From Gammaproteobacteria bacterium (GTDB lineage: Bacteria; Pseudomonadota; Gammaproteobacteria; JAKDMP01): 64,000 bases of DNA. The stretch is taken from NCBI GenBank assembly GCA_027018875.1, contig JALUYA010000032.1, positions 26,567-90,566 of the forward strand, read 5' to 3'. A program made the translations under genes and the position numbers. The notes beneath the pieces were generated by a model, which saw only the letters and a list, made by a program, of their open reading frames with translations, made no database searches and had not been told where the DNA came from. Of the stretch, positions 62,697 to 64,000 are shown piece after piece (within the stretch, counting starts at the first letter, position 1; each line of letters begins with the position of its first letter).

Positions 62697-63041
62697 ATGT
62701 CACACAGAATTCCCGCGGCCTCGATTTTGATCCTGTCCCTGTTGCTGCCCTCCAGTGCCTGGGCCATCGGCAGTCGTGTGCAAAATACCCTGCTGCAGGC
62801 GGCCGTAATCGGCGGCAATGCCAAGGCTTGCGGCATTGCCACCAAGGCGCTGATTCAAACCTTTGACCGGACATTGTTCCACCTGGGCGTCGGCGTGGTT
62901 GAACAGCAACAACTCAAGGGGGCCTTCCGCTATGCGTTCAACCTCGGCATTCAGCGCCAACTGGCCGCCGGTAATAAAAATTGCGGTAGCGTCAAAGAAC
63001 GGTTGGCCGACTCGATCGCCCAATTAAAAGCCCTGCACTAA
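62697..63041 (+). CDS. Small exported hypothetical protein with two Cys
   Basis: AGGAG RBS, signal peptide ending AWA, no recognisable domain. Confidence 0.65.
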   Translation: MSHRIPAASILILSLLLPSSAWAIGSRVQNTLLQAAVIGGNAKACGIATKALIQTFDRTLFHLGVGVVEQQQLKGAFRYAFNLGIQRQLAAGNKNCGSVKERLADSIAQLKALH

Positions 63042-63076
63042 ATCGCTTTGGGTAGCGGCGCAGGCACGGGGAAATA

Positions 63077-63550
63077 ATGAACACAGCAACCAATATCATC
63101 CAGAACTATCTCTCGGATCTGCTGCAGGAGCCGCCACAGGCAGCGCCCGATCCGGATCGCTACCGCATGGTTACGCTGGCGGGCCTGCGCCTGCTGCTGC
63201 CACCCCCCTACGCGGATCGGGTCTCGACCTCCCCCGCGGCGATACCACCCGGGCGCCGCGTCGATATCCGCCCCGTGCTATTCCCCGAAGGACATCCCGC
63301 CAGGCTCCACCAGGAGCAGGCACGCTGCTGGCTGGAACTCCCCGAACCCGGGCTGGTTCTATGGTTTGGAGCGGACAAGGGCCTGCGGCACATCGATCCC
63401 GAATCGCTCGCCGTCCCGGGGACACCGACCCAACGCCCCTGGCTCCTGGCCACGGTTGCCGACCTCAAGGCCGCCATAATCGATCCCAGCCGGTTGATTG
63501 AATGCCTGCAACCGGATCCGATAGTAAATTCAGAGGATTCACCGATATGA
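63077..63550 (+). CDS. Degenerate CheW-like adaptor (ParP-like)
   Basis: NYLSDLL N-terminus, TLAGLRLLLP, RPWLLATV...AIID; between parA and cheW. Confidence 0.55.
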   Translation: MNTATNIIQNYLSDLLQEPPQAAPDPDRYRMVTLAGLRLLLPPPYADRVSTSPAAIPPGRRVDIRPVLFPEGHPARLHQEQARCWLELPEPGLVLWFGADKGLRHIDPESLAVPGTPTQRPWLLATVADLKAAIIDPSRLIECLQPDPIVNSEDSPI

Positions 63551-64000
63551 ATATCCCACCGGATGACACCGCCAAGCCGCTGGCCGCACTGGTCTTTACC
63601 GTGGGCGGAGAATATTATCTTGCCGATGTCCTGGCACTGCGCGAAGTTATCAAGGCCACGGACGAAATCGTTGCGGTCGCCGGCGCCGCCCCCGCCATCC
63701 TCGGGGTAATGAATCTGCGCGGTAATGTCATCACGGTATTCGACCTGCGCAAGCTACTGGGAGTCGAATCGGCGCAAACCACGGACAACTCCATCATCGT
63801 GGTCTCCCTGGAGGATCATTATGTAGGCCTGATGGTGGACGACGTGTCCACGGTGCTGCAGATCGATGCCCACTCCATCGAACCGCCCCCGGACCTGGGC
63901 GTCCAACATGGCCCCCGCTTGATCCAGGGGCTGGTTCAACGAGACGGAACGCTATACCAGCTTCTGGATCTCGATGCCCTGCCCTTGCGGGAAGAAACGA
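63547..64000 (+). CDS. cheW: Chemotaxis coupling protein CheW (runs off window end)
   Basis: Not in the ORF track. Manual translation from ATG 63547: FTVGGEYY...REVI...ILGVMNLRGNVITVFDLR...VGLMVDDV. Confidence 0.92.
   Translation, partial: MNIPPDDTAKPLAALVFTVGGEYYLADVLALREVIKATDEIVAVAGAAPAILGVMNLRGNVITVFDLRKLLGVESAQTTDNSIIVVSLEDHYVGLMVDDVSTVLQIDAHSIEPPPDLGVQHGPRLIQGLVQRDGTLYQLLDLDALPLREET

Overview
64 kb of a high-GC bacterial chromosome; the core genes look gammaproteobacterial and the exported proteins suggest an acidophile (inference). Left part (1-25.6 kb): the start of a sulfur-stress module (TauE-type exporter running off the window, a two-Cys SqrR/BigR-type ArsR, a frameshifted LysR remnant), a SAM methyltransferase, a 5-gene Liv-type ABC transporter, nadC/gor, a long minus-strand run (speA-algZ-algR-hemCDXY-mnmE-coa1-like-hemB-aroE-VOC), speE, glnK without amtB, ubiK-comM, and a thiolase pseudogene with a large internal deletion. 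Right part (25.7-64 kb): a motility block. It holds c-di-GMP genes (CHASE-like/PAS/GADEF/EAL, EAL-like/HDOD, atypical PilZ), fliC-flaG-fliD-fliS, a flagellin modification pair (1525-aa multi-domain glycosyltransferase with a sulfotransferase-like domain, plus a methyltransferase), flgB-L, flgA-flgM-flgN-csrA-fliW, and a mosaic chemotaxis cluster. Divergent sigma54 promoters and several sigma28 promoters are readable in the sequence. The most notable signal is a Bacillus/Campylobacter-style CsrA-FliW pair (CsrA has the C-terminal extension and the N55-equivalent) inside a proteobacterial flagellar cluster. No rRNA, tRNA, CRISPR array or intact mobile element was recognised. All calls are by eye, with no database searches.
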